Made by a program: the position numbers and the translations under genes. Under the pieces are notes generated by a model. It was given only the letters and a program-made list of their open reading frames with translations, was not told where the DNA came from and did not search any database. Shown here one piece after another: positions 24,073 through 36,927 of a DNA stretch of 60,000 bases; the first letter of the stretch is position 1; each line of letters begins with the position of its first letter. Source of the DNA: Amphiscolops sp. MND2022 (Eukaryota); the NCBI GenBank assembly GCA_964187785.1, contig OZ076409.1, positions 33,606,001-33,666,000 of the forward strand, in the 5' to 3' direction.

Positions 24073-24626
24073 AGCATCAATGTATTCATTTTAGATGCTT
24101 CCATTGTGCAACACGCCTGAAGTAGCTACCAAAAAAGGCAATGGAAGTGATTGAGATAGATCTACGTCAAAGGTCAATTCAATAATGGATTATTTTCTTC
24201 ATTTAAATTTTTTTATATATATATAAAATATATTTCGAAAAAAATTCCTCACATGTTTCATACTCGTGATTAGCTCCATTGAGAAAAACACAGAAAAATA
24301 GGACACTTCTCATCTTTCTGTATCTTTCTCAAAGAAGCTAATCGCAAGAAGGAAAATGTCAGGAATTCTTTTTCGAATTATTTTTGCAGTGAGCCCCAGT
24401 TTAAAAAATTCTGTAAGAGACAAATTGCTCGTAATAAATTACTTTTAATGAGAGTAAGCTTTTTGGTTTTCCAGTAGCTCTAACTATTTGTTCAGCATAG
24501 CTCCACTACAACTCAATTAAACCGTAGGTACCATGCACGAGACAAGGACTGGCTGAGTATCTACATAAATTTTTATTACCTCCGAAGGAGAGACGAATCA
24601 ACTTAATCGAAGACGGTGGGGGTAAG

Positions 24627-25105
24627 TGTGACAAGGAAATCACCACCTTTATAACTTTGCAATTCTGCCTTCTTTCGAGGGGTTTGTCTCGCTAGTCTTT
24701 AGCTGTTTTAAGGTATCTTTTCACAGCTGAAAAGAAGCGGTTTGAAAGTTAATTTATACACATCAAATAAATAAGGCGAATATTAGACACAAACACAATT
24801 TCACATCCACGAATGATAGAATTAAGAATATGATATTACCGATAATAGCGGAGAACAGTACGGATTATATTAGAAAGCATATAACACAAGAAAACAATCA
24901 GCAAAGGCTTCAGCAAGGTTTGGTTGTGTATCCGTAAGGATGGGGGTGATATCGTAAGAAAATCAGATGAAATAACTCTCCGCAAATCTTCTCTATCGGT
25001 CTTGGAGTGAATTGTATCTCAACGACAGTCTTGGAGTCTCACCTCACGCAACACAGGGTCTTGGAGTCCCACCTCACTAGTAGCTGCAGATAGAAATCGC
25101 CCACA
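24627..25105 (-). mobile_element. Candidate solo LTR (~480 bp)
   Basis: TGTG...CACA termini, three GTCTTGGAGT repeats, and a minus-strand TATAAA. The flanks TAAG / TAAC match only imperfectly. Confidence 0.4.
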
Positions 25106-27419
25106 TAACAATAAACCAAACTGTTCGTGCTCCAGATTTTAACTCAGTGAGTGTGTGTCTTCAAAATGACACACACTTCGGCCAAAGTTACTTCTTTGGC
25201 AGTTTAGTCCTTTCATTATTATTAGTTATTTCATTATTCATCTCTCGTCATCCTTCCTGTTTTGTAGGCCTGACGAAGTGTTGAGTAATACAGTTTTTCC
25301 TGCTTCGGTACCAAAGGTTCATCAGAAGTACACTTTCACACCACGAGTCAGTCCTAGGTCCATCTTCTTGTCAATCATGACTTGTGGTTTTACTTCGTTT
25401 TCAAAAGAATTTGAGGGAGAGGTGTTACTGACTCAAGTTTTCCTACTTTTGTAGGCACGATTTTAACTTCGGCTTACTAATTGACATTTACACTTATTTT
25501 TTTGTCAGGTCTCTTTTTCCCAAACGACTCGTGACAACTCTCGTCAGCAAAGTTTGGCTGAAAAAAATGAATTCCATTAATTTACAAGGACCTAAAAGGC
25601 TACTTTAATTCGCATTCCGAAAAGTCAAATTCCGAGTTACACCTTTGAAGGGCAAAAACTAAGTGATCCGATCACGGGGCTAAACACAAGTATATCATTT
25701 GCAAGTCAAGTTAAAGGGCTACAAAAACGCCATGTTCAACTTTCTATTTTGAATCCTTCTTGTTGAAAAACGGCCTCAAAATTGGTCGTCAAAAATCACA
25801 TGTCACATTTTGCAAAAAACCTCACCTTCAGAGCGCTCGAACTCTATCAATTCGAACGATACCGCGTTAAGGCTTATTAACATCGCTAACCCAAGCCATT
25901 AGAGGTATTTTGAGTTTTAGATGAGGTCTCTATCTTGTTTCAACAAATATTGGTGGCGCTTTCTCTAAAAGGGGTCATTTTCGAACCATTTTTTGGTGAC
26001 CGGACCGCAAACTTTGGAGGTCAATATCTCAAAAGCAAGTCTTTTTTCGGGAACACGCTTGTGCTGTGCTAAATGCTGTGCGCCAGACTCCTGTGCGTCT
26101 AACCTGAAACTTTCAGCTTCTATGTCGCCCAAAACGTGCGGGATGGTTCGCAACTTGGTAGGTCGATGTCTTTACTGGCAAAACGAAATCACAACATTCA
26201 ATTCGTGGGGGTTTTTCACTAGCGCCCCGCAGCGCTTTATTTATTATTTCATTCACTCATCCACTCCAATTCTCAGTTACGCTGCAATGGGGGCGGCTTT
26301 TGTGCGCTTGTACGTGAAGTACTAGGCGATAACATGCAAAAAACAGCGATTTTGTCTATTTTGGGCCTTGTTTAACGTTTGCTGGCTCGGATAAAAAAAC
26401 TACTGAACACAATTACTTTTCCATTTACCACAAATTAGGACATTCATTTATCTTGATTTTGAGCTATATTTGATCAGTTTTCGACAACTATAGCGATCAA
26501 ACAGAATTTTTAATGAAAACTTATTCTTGGAAAGTCGTCAAAATTGTTCAAGAAATTATTTTCAAAGCTTCCCCCTAATATGTTCTCGTTGTTGCACAAA
26601 GTTCATGTTTTCAACTTAAACTTTCCTTTGGACGCGCTGTCGAACGATGTAAATTGTTTGTTGATACCTTTTTTCATTTTTGAGAAATCAGGTTTTGATT
26701 TTTACTTTGCATTAAGAGAGAGGGTAATTCCAAAGTGTGGGGCGGCCGTTTTCCTATTAGGTACACGTAAAGCCACTCACAGCGCGTTCTCGATTTCATT
26801 CCTTTTGCTTTCTTACACGCTTTAGTGAGTTGCATTCTATGCTTATACCGCGCACTGTGAAGTTTCACTCTCGCATACCCTCATTTACACGTACTAACAT
26901 TGCAATTTGACTGAATTTCTGTTCACAGTAAATTATGACTTCTAGTTCAATTTCTGTTGAAACTCGTTCCTCCAAAGTTCTTTATAAAGTTTATTCAACA
27001 CGTATTCAGGTCAAAAAGGGACATTTACGTGGTTTCGTATTTCTTATATTGGCAATAGGTATCGAGAAATTCGATGTAAAGTTTCGTTCCAATTAAAATT
27101 TTCTTACATAGGTTTAGGGGGTACATTAAACAATAGTGCGAGATACTTGAAGTACTTACTGTTATCATTTCTCTCATATGATATCACACTAGGATATTCT
27201 ACCTTGCTGTTGAAATAAAATATATTAAACATCGTAACATGAGCGAAAAGTCAAAAATCTTACAATGAGTGATTCTCTTGGAATATCAATAACAAAAAAT
27301 ACAATGTCTTATATGTTTTGAGTTGGTAGATTTCTGGTTGTAGTCCATCCTAATAACTGCGTGTTTATGAACGAGATAATTGCTAGACGCTGTAATTACT
27401 AATAAATCGAGTTGAAGGA

Positions 27420-27460
27420 GACAAGACGCCCACTGAGCAGCGGGATATTTTGCGCCCCGA
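27420..27460 (-). repeat. Terminus of a sister hairpin-ended repeat family (inverted copy at 52025-52066)
   Basis: ACAAGACGCCCACTGAGCAGCGGGATATTTTGCGCCCC versus GGGGCGGAAAATATCTCGCTGCTCAGCGGGCGTCTTGTT. Confidence 0.6.
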
Positions 27461-30400
27461 TATAAATTAGCTACGACATTTTTCTATGCTCCAGTTTGAA
27501 AACTCCTACACTATTAAATTCATTTCACGCCCTACTTCGAGAAACACTCAAAAAATGATACTTCAAATAAAGCATGTTTAGTAGCCAAACTTTGCTTTTG
27601 AACTTCATGGATAATCATACTAAATACACTTACGAAGATTATCAAAAAACTTTGTAGGCTTTCAGTGCCTATTCTCAAAAAAGACTTTACTTTTCCGAAA
27701 ACCTCCTGGATAGTTGTTGTTTGTCGTTCAATTTGCTGGAAACGCTTGCAAAAAGCTTGAACTGAGAAAATGCTCGAAAGCAGTACATTATTGCAACTTA
27801 ATTGTCGAAAATGGAAAATTTACATTTCTGGGATCATTACGAGCTGGATAGTTTGTGTTAGCTTAGATTGCTTCTTGACAAAAACGTTCAACATTAAATG
27901 CAACATAATGGCCGCAACGTGGATTTTGTCTTTTTAGTGGCTTCTGGGGCTTTTTTATTCATAAACTCCACGTTTCTGGTCTTGCCAAATGACTGTTTAC
28001 TTCGTCTTTGAAATGTGAAGCTATTGGAATCTTTCGAAACGTTCCAAAATATTGCGGAAATAGCCCAAAGTAATAGCGCACAAGATAGCTCACTGGTCCG
28101 TTTTTGAACTATCTGTATGTTCTATTGAAAAAAGGTTTAAAGTTGCACTTATAACTGAGAACTTCCGAAGTTTCTGATTGTTTTGGTGTCATTTTGGAAA
28201 ACATTACAAAAATTGACTAACGTTGTCAAAATAAAATCTTCAAAAAGTATAAAAGTTGAAAAGTATGATAGAAAAATCTCTTCTAAAGGCATGTTGCATA
28301 GATCTTTGCGTCAACGTGAAATGCTGCTGATATTCTAACCCTTGAGAACATTCGAATACCAATGCTCCATCGGAAGCGACCTGCTCCATCAAAAGTGGTC
28401 AAAACTTTGAAAAATTTTGGTGCCATTTCAGAGCTTTTTGTCGATAAACTCTGAATTGCTTGTCGTAAAAGCGTACGTCATGACTTGTTGTTGAAATCTG
28501 TGGGTGTTTGAATTCTTAAGAACTTTCGAAAAGTACAAAAACTGCTAGTCAAAATAAAAATGACTCTTTTTCGGGGCAATTTTGGAGCATTAGAAAAACA
28601 TTGGACTGCCCTTCGTAATAGCGTACAATTACGCCCTGTTTGTTTGAGCTCTCTTCTATAGCTTTGAATTGTTTGAAATGTCTAAAAATTGCCCTTAACA
28701 TTGAAAAAAATGGAAAATTTTTCAATCTCCAAGTATTGTATTTCGGGGTCATTTTGAAACTTTCTGGACAAGATGTTTCGAATTTTTTTTAAGAAAGCGT
28801 CCTGGGTAGGTGGTACTTCCGTGTTGAAATTTTTCAAGATTTTCTAACCCACGGAAGTATTTGAAAACTGGAATAATTGAAAAGTTCAAACGTTTTTGTT
28901 TTTCAAAACTGAAAAAATTTAGGACTGTTTGGGGGTCGTTTTTGGATTATTGTGGTCATAAGCAAAACATCGAAAAATCTTTGCAAATACATAATGCACG
29001 AAACTAAATTTGTCTGTTGACCTCTATGGGTGATTACTTTCAACTTGGTCCGGACATGGGAACATGCAACGTTTGGAAAAAACACATCAGGGTTAGTGAT
29101 TTTCCTTTCGTAAATGGAAATATGGACGAATAGTAAGGATCTTTCTCGTAACGAATCTCTTAACAGCTTTGAAATTGAAACCCAATATGCATCTTTGATA
29201 TGCTTTGAATGTGTAGCAAACAAAGACCTATTTTACTGTGTCTGCCATATCTCATTACCATTGCCCCTTTATGTCAAAAATGCTACGGAATCAAACGCGT
29301 CCCATTTGAACGCTTTAATGAAAACCAGTATGATTCTTCTGTTTTTTGTCTTTTTGTTGGGTTGGATCGAGGTATTTATTTTATAGTGAAAATATGAAAA
29401 GTACCAAATTGAGCCTGAACAGTCAAAATTCAAAAATTAGCGTTTTATCCTTGACTAACAAGTGTATTGTGCATTATTCGTGTGACTTTTTCAACCCATT
29501 TCAAGTGGTCGATCGTATACGACTACCATAGTTATCGGTGTTGAGAGCCGCACAAAAAAAATTGAGGCTCTCATTCGAATGGTATGCAACTTTAGCTCAA
29601 ACGGTTTCAATGATGATTTTAAAGGGCTTAGCAAATGTGCATGTAACCGAAAAAAGGTCGTCTCTGGACGTAACCTACACAGTAATCCTGGACGGTAAGA
29701 AAAGACCTAGCAATAGTCTTTTTCACGTCCGGAGATCAGTTTTCCAAGAATCGAATAGATTTATTCAGATAAGTTTCGTACTTTGTTTAGAATGGTGCTA
29801 TTTGCGTAATTTTTTTGAGAACCCAATTCCCAGTGTTTCTAAAGACGCCTCGTTCTTCTGACGTTACCTCACCGAGAAAAACGTTATCATTGTGAAAAAT
29901 GTGCGTTTTCAAACTTTGGATCGAAGTTCACATTGTACTTCTTAGTTTTGCATAAGACTCAACTACCAAGTCTAACCAAGGCTCTTTCTTAAACGTTGTT
30001 AAAGGCCACTTAAACGCTGGCTTTGTGAGTCTAACGCCACCCATCAGAATGGATCTATTAGTAATTTCGAGAATCAGAAAAATGATTCGGACGAATGAAA
30101 TATCTCAAGTCACAAGCAGCATAGTACAGTGGAAAAAATCTTCGGAGCCACGAAAAGGGACTTCTTTTCGTTGATTAGGCGTTTTAGGAGTTCAGTGTCT
30201 CTAATCATCGACAATGCTAGCGTCTTCCCTTTTCCCGGCTACGTTACTTATGTCTGCAGTCATTAACAAACAATTAATTAAAAGTTATCTTGGACAGCAT
30301 TAGAATCGCGTAATTATTCATCATTGCACTCATGTTGACCGAGTTCCATTAGGAAATTTTATTTCAATCATTTGAAATGGCTGAATTATAAATACAATTT

Positions 30401-30660
30401 GAAAAATAGAAATAAATGCAATACACAACTACCCACCAACAAATAAGGACAGTATACTGTCAACATAAAGAATCAATTTGTGTCGTGTAAACAACTATTC
30501 TTTGCTAGGATTGTGACTGAGTTTGCAAAAAATCCAATTGAGTTTTCAACTAAGGTAAGTCTCGACAATCAACCTTATGATCTCTGGTTCCAAAATTGTC
30601 TAGTCTTCGAAGGTGACACCTTCTTCGAAAAAAAAACAAATTTTCGAAGCACCCTGTTTA

Positions 30661-30967
30661 TTACGTAACTTCAAACCTCCAAGACTCAGGTCTCATGCGA
30701 GATCTTCCCAGAATTTTGAATTTTCTGACGAACTTGTTTTTGGCCAAAGCAGTTTCAATCATCACGTGAAAATGTACAATGGCAGGATAGAATCCGCTGA
30801 AGTGAACAGCTATGACTTTCGTCGGATACCGTATGGTGGGGTTCTTGTCAGGCAACCAATTCACCACTTGTTCAGTCAGGTTCTTGTTCGGTATTATAGA
30901 AGCTCTTTGGGCGCATAAGCCAATGTAAACATCCTCCAGCCATAACCTCTGTACGTAGCTGAACTCT
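30661..30967 (-). CDS. Beta-1,3-galactosyltransferase-like (GT31) gene, exon 4 (last coding exon)
   Basis: Acceptor CTAATTTGACTTGTTTCAG; the phase-2 join with exon 3 gives AGA(R)-EFSYVQRLWLEDVYIGLC, containing the GT31 EDVY motif. Stop TAA at 30661-30663. Confidence 0.85.
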
Positions 30968-30991
30968 CTGAAACAAGTCAAATTAGACACT

Positions 30992-32618
30992 AACAAGACG
31001 GGAACGTCTAGAATCGGCACTTTACCTGAGGCTCAAAAAGCGCAAAGTTTTTAAAAGATGCACAGGATGTTTTCCTGAAAAACTCAGGAAGAAGTTTCGA
31101 AGCACCCAAAGGGTGCCTTTCGTGCTCAGAAAACGCTTCAGAAGCTCGAATATAGGGCGCTGAGACAAATGCAAGCGATTTTTTTGAGTCTACGCCTCCT
31201 CCTCAGTAAAACACACTGTAGTTCGGATATAATGTCAAACATTCGGATATAGCGCAATATTTTCGAACCTTCAAAATTCGGATAGTATTGAAAAAAAATA
31301 TTGGTCGATATATATTGAAAAAAGTTGAGACAAAAAATAAGAATTTTCAACAGTCTCAAAGCGCCAAAAAATCTAAAAAGGGGACACAAAAACTCTAAAA
31401 AGTCGGCGCCATATCCAAGGCTCAAAAATAGCAAAAAGACTTCCAAGTGTCAAGTATTCTTTTACAGTACTCGAAAATCGAAAATTTTTCAAAAAAATTT
31501 TTTTTGAAAAAAATACATACTGAAAAAATGGACCGAGTGGCGCGCCGGGGCCCGCTAGCGCGAGCCCCTGGCGCGCTAAAGTCTCACAATGCCAAAAAAC
31601 TGAAAGGGTGGACCCTTTGAGGTTTTTCAACATCCATTCTGTCGCAAAACATGAAAAAATTGAAGAAAACAAAAATTTTCATTTTCTGGAAAAAATCTCA
31701 CAATGCCGAAAACAAACTGAAAGGGGGAACCCTTTGGGATTTTTCAACATCCATTCTGTCGCAAAACATCAAAAAAAGTGCAGGGGGGACCCTTTGGGGA
31801 AAAAACTTTTTTTCGAAAAAAAAAGTCTCACAGTGCCGAAAAAAAATGAAAGGGGGGAGTCTTTGGACTCGCCCGGTATGGTATGTTACGCGGAAAAACA
31901 GGAAAAACCTTTTTGGTTCAGTTCGCTAGTCCAAATAGTGCATTTTGATGCAATAATATTTTGTAGAACTTTTGTAGAACTATTTTGGTCAGTTCATGTG
32001 GATAGAAAAAAAAAGAGTCACTATAATAGTCGTGTTTCACTTCATGAAGCGCCGACTAAAAAGAGTCACTATAATAGTCGCGTTTCACTTCATGAAGCGC
32101 CGACTAAAAAATAAAGGCGAACCTCTGGAGACATTAAAATGTTTTGGGAAAATGTCTCACAAAACCGAAAAGGGGCCTCATAGTGCCGAAAACAATGGGA
32201 GGGGGACCTTTCTGCTTTGGAATGGTTTTGTAGTTCATGTCAGAGGCTTTGGATGCGTTTAAAATCAAGTACAAAACGTTGTATTCCATGACTATGTAAC
32301 TAAGAAAGAGAAAAAAATGTATAAAATATAAGGTTTCTATTCCCGCAACATTATCTCAAAACAAACGTATCACAAATGAATATGTTTAATCTAAGTTGTT
32401 TTTGAAATTGTTTACTAACAACTCGTGTAGTCCTCACACTAATGTAAATGAACTGAAACTCGGTAAAGATCAAATGGACGGATGAACCGTATAAAACAAA
32501 ATACTTATGGTAAAAGTGCACATAGTGCGCCAAAAATGGACTATTCAGAATGAGGCTGACAAAAGAACTCACTGTAATGGTCGGGCTCTTTTCCTTTAAA
32601 AAAACGCGCCGACTAAAA
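30992..32618 (-). mobile_element. Helentron/DINE-1-like element, copy 4 (outer), containing a nested copy (~31400-32110)
   Basis: Outer ends AACAAGACGGGAACGTCT and GTCGGGCTC...GCGCCGACTAAAA. Inner copy runs from AGTCGGCGCCATATCC to a tandemly doubled GTCACTATAATAGTCG.GTTTCACTTCATGAAGCGCCGACTAAAA end. Confidence 0.72.
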
Positions 32619-34839
32619 CGTTTAAAGAATGAACATTATTCATAAGTGGAACTAAAAATATTGCATCAAACTTGTAGACTTCTGAAAAAATGTGCGGTAT
32701 TGACTTTTGATGATTTTGCATAGCTTCTTATCAACTGGGAACTGATCTCAATTAAAAACTAGCGTAACACGCATAAACTGACGAATTCTTTTCAGCATTT
32801 GGCAACCAATGTCCCGATTTTCACCAAAACGCTACACCAAAATGAGAATTTTTAACATCTTTTGCTGATTTATAGATCAACGATCCCGAATGAAGCCCAA
32901 ATCTGGCTCAAAGAAGGGACTACTTCGACAAAAGAGGTAACTCTTAATATGGAAACGGTTAAACCGTTCCATAACAGTTTCTTTTACAGTTTCAACTCAG
33001 CTAGTAGTCTGGATATATTTATTACCTTATCTCAAATCAGACCTGATAGCAGACTTCACTTTCATTTTTATCGAACTAAGACTTCAATGTGATCAAAAGC
33101 ACACAAAAACTTTGTATCAATTAAATGTTACGGCAACATTTTCGAAACCTGAAGATTCGTGATTCAAGGCTGTCTATCGTTGAGGCCGTTATTGATTCCT
33201 GACTGGCAATTGCATGTAAAAAGTTTAATTCCAGGCTCAAAAAGTTTGGAATTGATAGCGCCATCTAATGTCTAGAATAAGATAAATCTTCTGAGTTCGA
33301 ATCAGTTTTTAGCACTAGTAAAATGATTCAAGACTTCCAGCGTTGCCGCCTGTGTATGCTAGATTGCGCGAAAGTGCTGAATTATCGAATAGACAATCAA
33401 TGCCTTCAGTCTCACAACCTGGACAACTGAAGAATTGAATTTGAAGTGGAAAGGCGCAAAGTTATGATGAACATTGGAATGAAACTAAGAAAGCGTTAAA
33501 ATTGCTTCACGCAAAGAATTGCCAACAGAGCGCTCGATGAGTGCTAAAAAACTTTGTCAAGAGAAAAGTTGAATGAAAAGTTAGAAACCATGCCAACGGA
33601 TGTCGAAATTCTTTTAAAAAATTTTTGATTGAAAAAAAAACAAAAAGAACAACGGTGATCAGTCAGACCTTTGTGACCTTGAGACCACAGCTTCAAGCCT
33701 ACTATTGCAGACTACTTGACAATGAGGCACCATAACTTGCAGACTTATCCGAAGAGACGCTGACTTAGAAAAACAGAACTGCTTCATGGGAATTACACGG
33801 CAGAATTCGGAAACCAAACAATCATTGTTGTAGCAAATGTAATTTGACAGCATTGAAAATACGTTTAAAATATTCATAGCCACAGCAAAAGTATATGTAT
33901 GGCTATTTATAGGTAGAGCGGGTCAATTTTTGCATCACAAAAGATGACGATCACTGCACCATGGAATTCGTGGAATCTTTTGGCGAAACATCACATTGCG
34001 ATGCGATGCGAAGTCTATAGCTAGTTATGGATAATTTTCAGTGCACAACAGTACCTTACCTACTTGTTTTTGTGTTAAGTTTTGAAAATGCTTACCAGCT
34101 TCACTGCATTGAGGGCAGTTCTGTGCAAACGCGACCACTTTTTAGTAAAGCTCCGGCTTCCAGACGTTCGACACAGTAACTAACATGCCATCTATTCCCA
34201 GGTGCCTTAATGTATCGATCTCAATAAACTTGAGCGTAATCGTTTTGGAATCACCAGTTGTTCGTCCATGTACATAAAATTGTATTCGTCAAAGCGGAGG
34301 CAGTTATCCCTTCATGGCGTCAGAAGACGATTAAGTTTTGTCGAGTTGGTTTTTTCATAATGCGGATGGTTTGTTGTAGGAATTGATCAGTTTCGTACTG
34401 GGAAGCGAACGTGAAAGTTCCCGAAGATTGCAGAACCTCAATTTGAGTTATAGAATAGCATTGCGGGTTTTTATTGGAGTTTTCTTAGCCTCTTGCGTTA
34501 GAGCGTTGCTCATCGTTTCACTGTCGCTTAACGTTGCACTATTGCCGCTTGCCTGTGGCAGCTCGGGTAATACCGCTATCTGTTGAATTGTTCATTTGTT
34601 TTAGCGAATTCACTTTCGCTCTCCTCTTTCACGCTTTCTTGCAACTTCGTCTTGTAATTGTTAATTTTCTTAATAATTATCGATATTTGTGCAATAATGC
34701 AATTATTGCCATCATTGACTAATTTTAGTTATGGTTTCGAGAGAAAAAGTTTCGGATCATGCTAATAAACCCCTCCAACCACAGATACACCTTGTTTCTT
34801 ATCCCCCCAACACGAAGTTGTTTCGACACTTAAAGCAAA

Positions 34840-35097
34840 AATTACCAGGATTTTAAAATAATTTTCAGACAAAAATGCAAAACTTTACCCCTGGAACTTA
34901 AGTTTCATTGTGACACCAAAATTGAGTCAAACAGTTAATTGCATTCAATCAACTCATCAAGACGCTTATTGAGCAATGGTGTACTTTCAGTCCTACCGGC
35001 GGAACTACTTACCGGGGCTTTACAATTCAATTTAAGCTTGTTCCAGGGGTAAAGTTTTGCATTTTTGTCTGAAAATTATTTAAAAATCCTGGTAATT
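34840..35097. mobile_element. MITE-like hairpin with ~58 bp TIRs
   Basis: AATTACCAGGATTTTAAAATAATTTTCAGACAAAAATGCAAAACTTTACCCCTGGAAC and its near-perfect reverse complement ending at 35097. Confidence 0.8.
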
Positions 35098-35214
35098 ATT
35101 TAATTATTGAAATGAGATCTTAAAAACAATTGTTTTAAAGACCTCATTTTAATAATTAAATAATTGAATAATTCCAATGATATCTTTCCGTGAACCCTGT
35201 TAGTTCTAATCAAT

Positions 35215-35320
35215 ACGACGAAATTTCTGACGATCAAATTTCTTACGACGAGATGTCTTGATTTGCTAATACGACGAAACTTTCTTCGACGGAATTTCCG
35301 ACGACGAAATTTCTGCCTCC
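35215..35320. repeat. Short array of ACGACGAAATTTC units; probable single arm of a foldback-type element
   Basis: About 7 degenerate ~15 bp units ending CTGCCTCC. No inverted partner seen. Confidence 0.5.
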
Positions 35321-36927
35321 CGACAATAAAAATGCTACAATTTGCCAAACAAGTTCAATATATTTTTGTCCTACAAGCTCACCAGATGAATATTTACTAC
35401 GTGTTTGCAATCTATGTTCAAATCCCTTGAAAATGTGAAAACTTTTACAGAATTTGCTTAAAGTAGTCATAAATGGACGTTTTAGCTTTTCGGGTAAATT
35501 TAATTTAACCTACTCCAAAACCTAAACGCTACGGGATAGCTAACTGGCTCTTCGTTGATTTTTGGTGACATTCTACAAAAAATGTCTAAAAAGTCTACCA
35601 CGATTTGAAAATCAATTTTTTTGTTATTTCGGGACATTGTTCCAACGGACCATTGCTGGTATCTCTTCGGAAAAGTAACCTGGATAGCCCGTTTTTTCGA
35701 CTTGGAGCGTTTTGGATGTTTTGCCTCACGAAATCAAGATAAAACTGTAAAGAATTTGCATTGAAGAGTCGAGAAACTGAAATTTAATATTTCAAGTGCT
35801 TTGCAGTTAAGTTGGATCTTTTCTAGAGCAAACCAACTCTTTCTCTTTTTGAAACCTGGATAACTCGTTTCTTTACAGTGGAAGATTTTTCCTCTTTTGG
35901 ACATTCTAACCCACAGAAAACTCGTTAATTGTACAAAAACTGCCAAAAAGGTGTTGAAAAAAGAACTTTTCGAACTTCTTCACTATTCTGGTGTCTGGTG
36001 CTATTTTGTGACACTTTCAAAGCCACAATTTTTGGATTTCTCTTCAAAAAAGCATCTGGAATAGCTGTTTTTTTCGTCTGGATTTTTTGACTAATTCCTT
36101 CACGAAAATTTTGAAAACTACAAAAGTTGCAAAAAGTAGTTTAAAAATTGGATTTTTTGTCACAAGTGTTCTATTTCTGCTTGGTAAGGTGAAACAATTT
36201 GGATACTGATATATGTTTTATGCCAAACTGTACTTAAAACTCCAAGAATGCAACAATGGTTCCGTATCAATACTAATCTAATGTACATATATATGTATAT
36301 AAATATGTATAAACAAAAAGAGGAACAATTATAGTTTGTTGATCAATCAATGTTCTTTTTCAGTTTGATTGGCATTTGGGTGAACCGAATAAATTTGGAC
36401 GCGGCACTACACCATATTACAACAAGTTTGGGCTAACTTTGAGACACTTTTTCAATATAAAGTTTCGGATTTTCATCGAAAAATAGTCTTGATAACTAAA
36501 TCATTGATCGTGGACTTTTTGGTTACTCCAACCCACAAAATTATTCGATAACTGTACAAAACCCGCAAAAAAAAGTTGAAAACGAGAAAAATGTGGAAGT
36601 TTTGACTGTTTTTGGTGTCATTCTGTGGTCAACTCGGAAAAAAATAAAAAATCTCCACGAATACATATCGCAGGAAATAAAGGTTATACCAGTTGAATTC
36701 TATGGGTGAACCCATTGAGTTTGATTTTGGGTCATGGCAAATCTTGGGAAAAAGACGCGGCTCAATACGGGCGGAAAGTAACAAAATAGACCTGGAATGG
36801 GTTTTAATTGTTTAGTCGTCTGGCCTTTCTTTTGGTCTCATGAGACAATTTACACCAAGTTCAAGCGGATCCTAGCTTGATTTCTACTTTTCATCAGTTT
36901 TTCTTTTACTTCCACTTTTTTTAGCTT

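Noticed and set aside
31138..32262. Several 60-170 aa ORFs
   Set aside because: They lie within HINE-like internal tandem repeats and give low-complexity K/F-rich translations.
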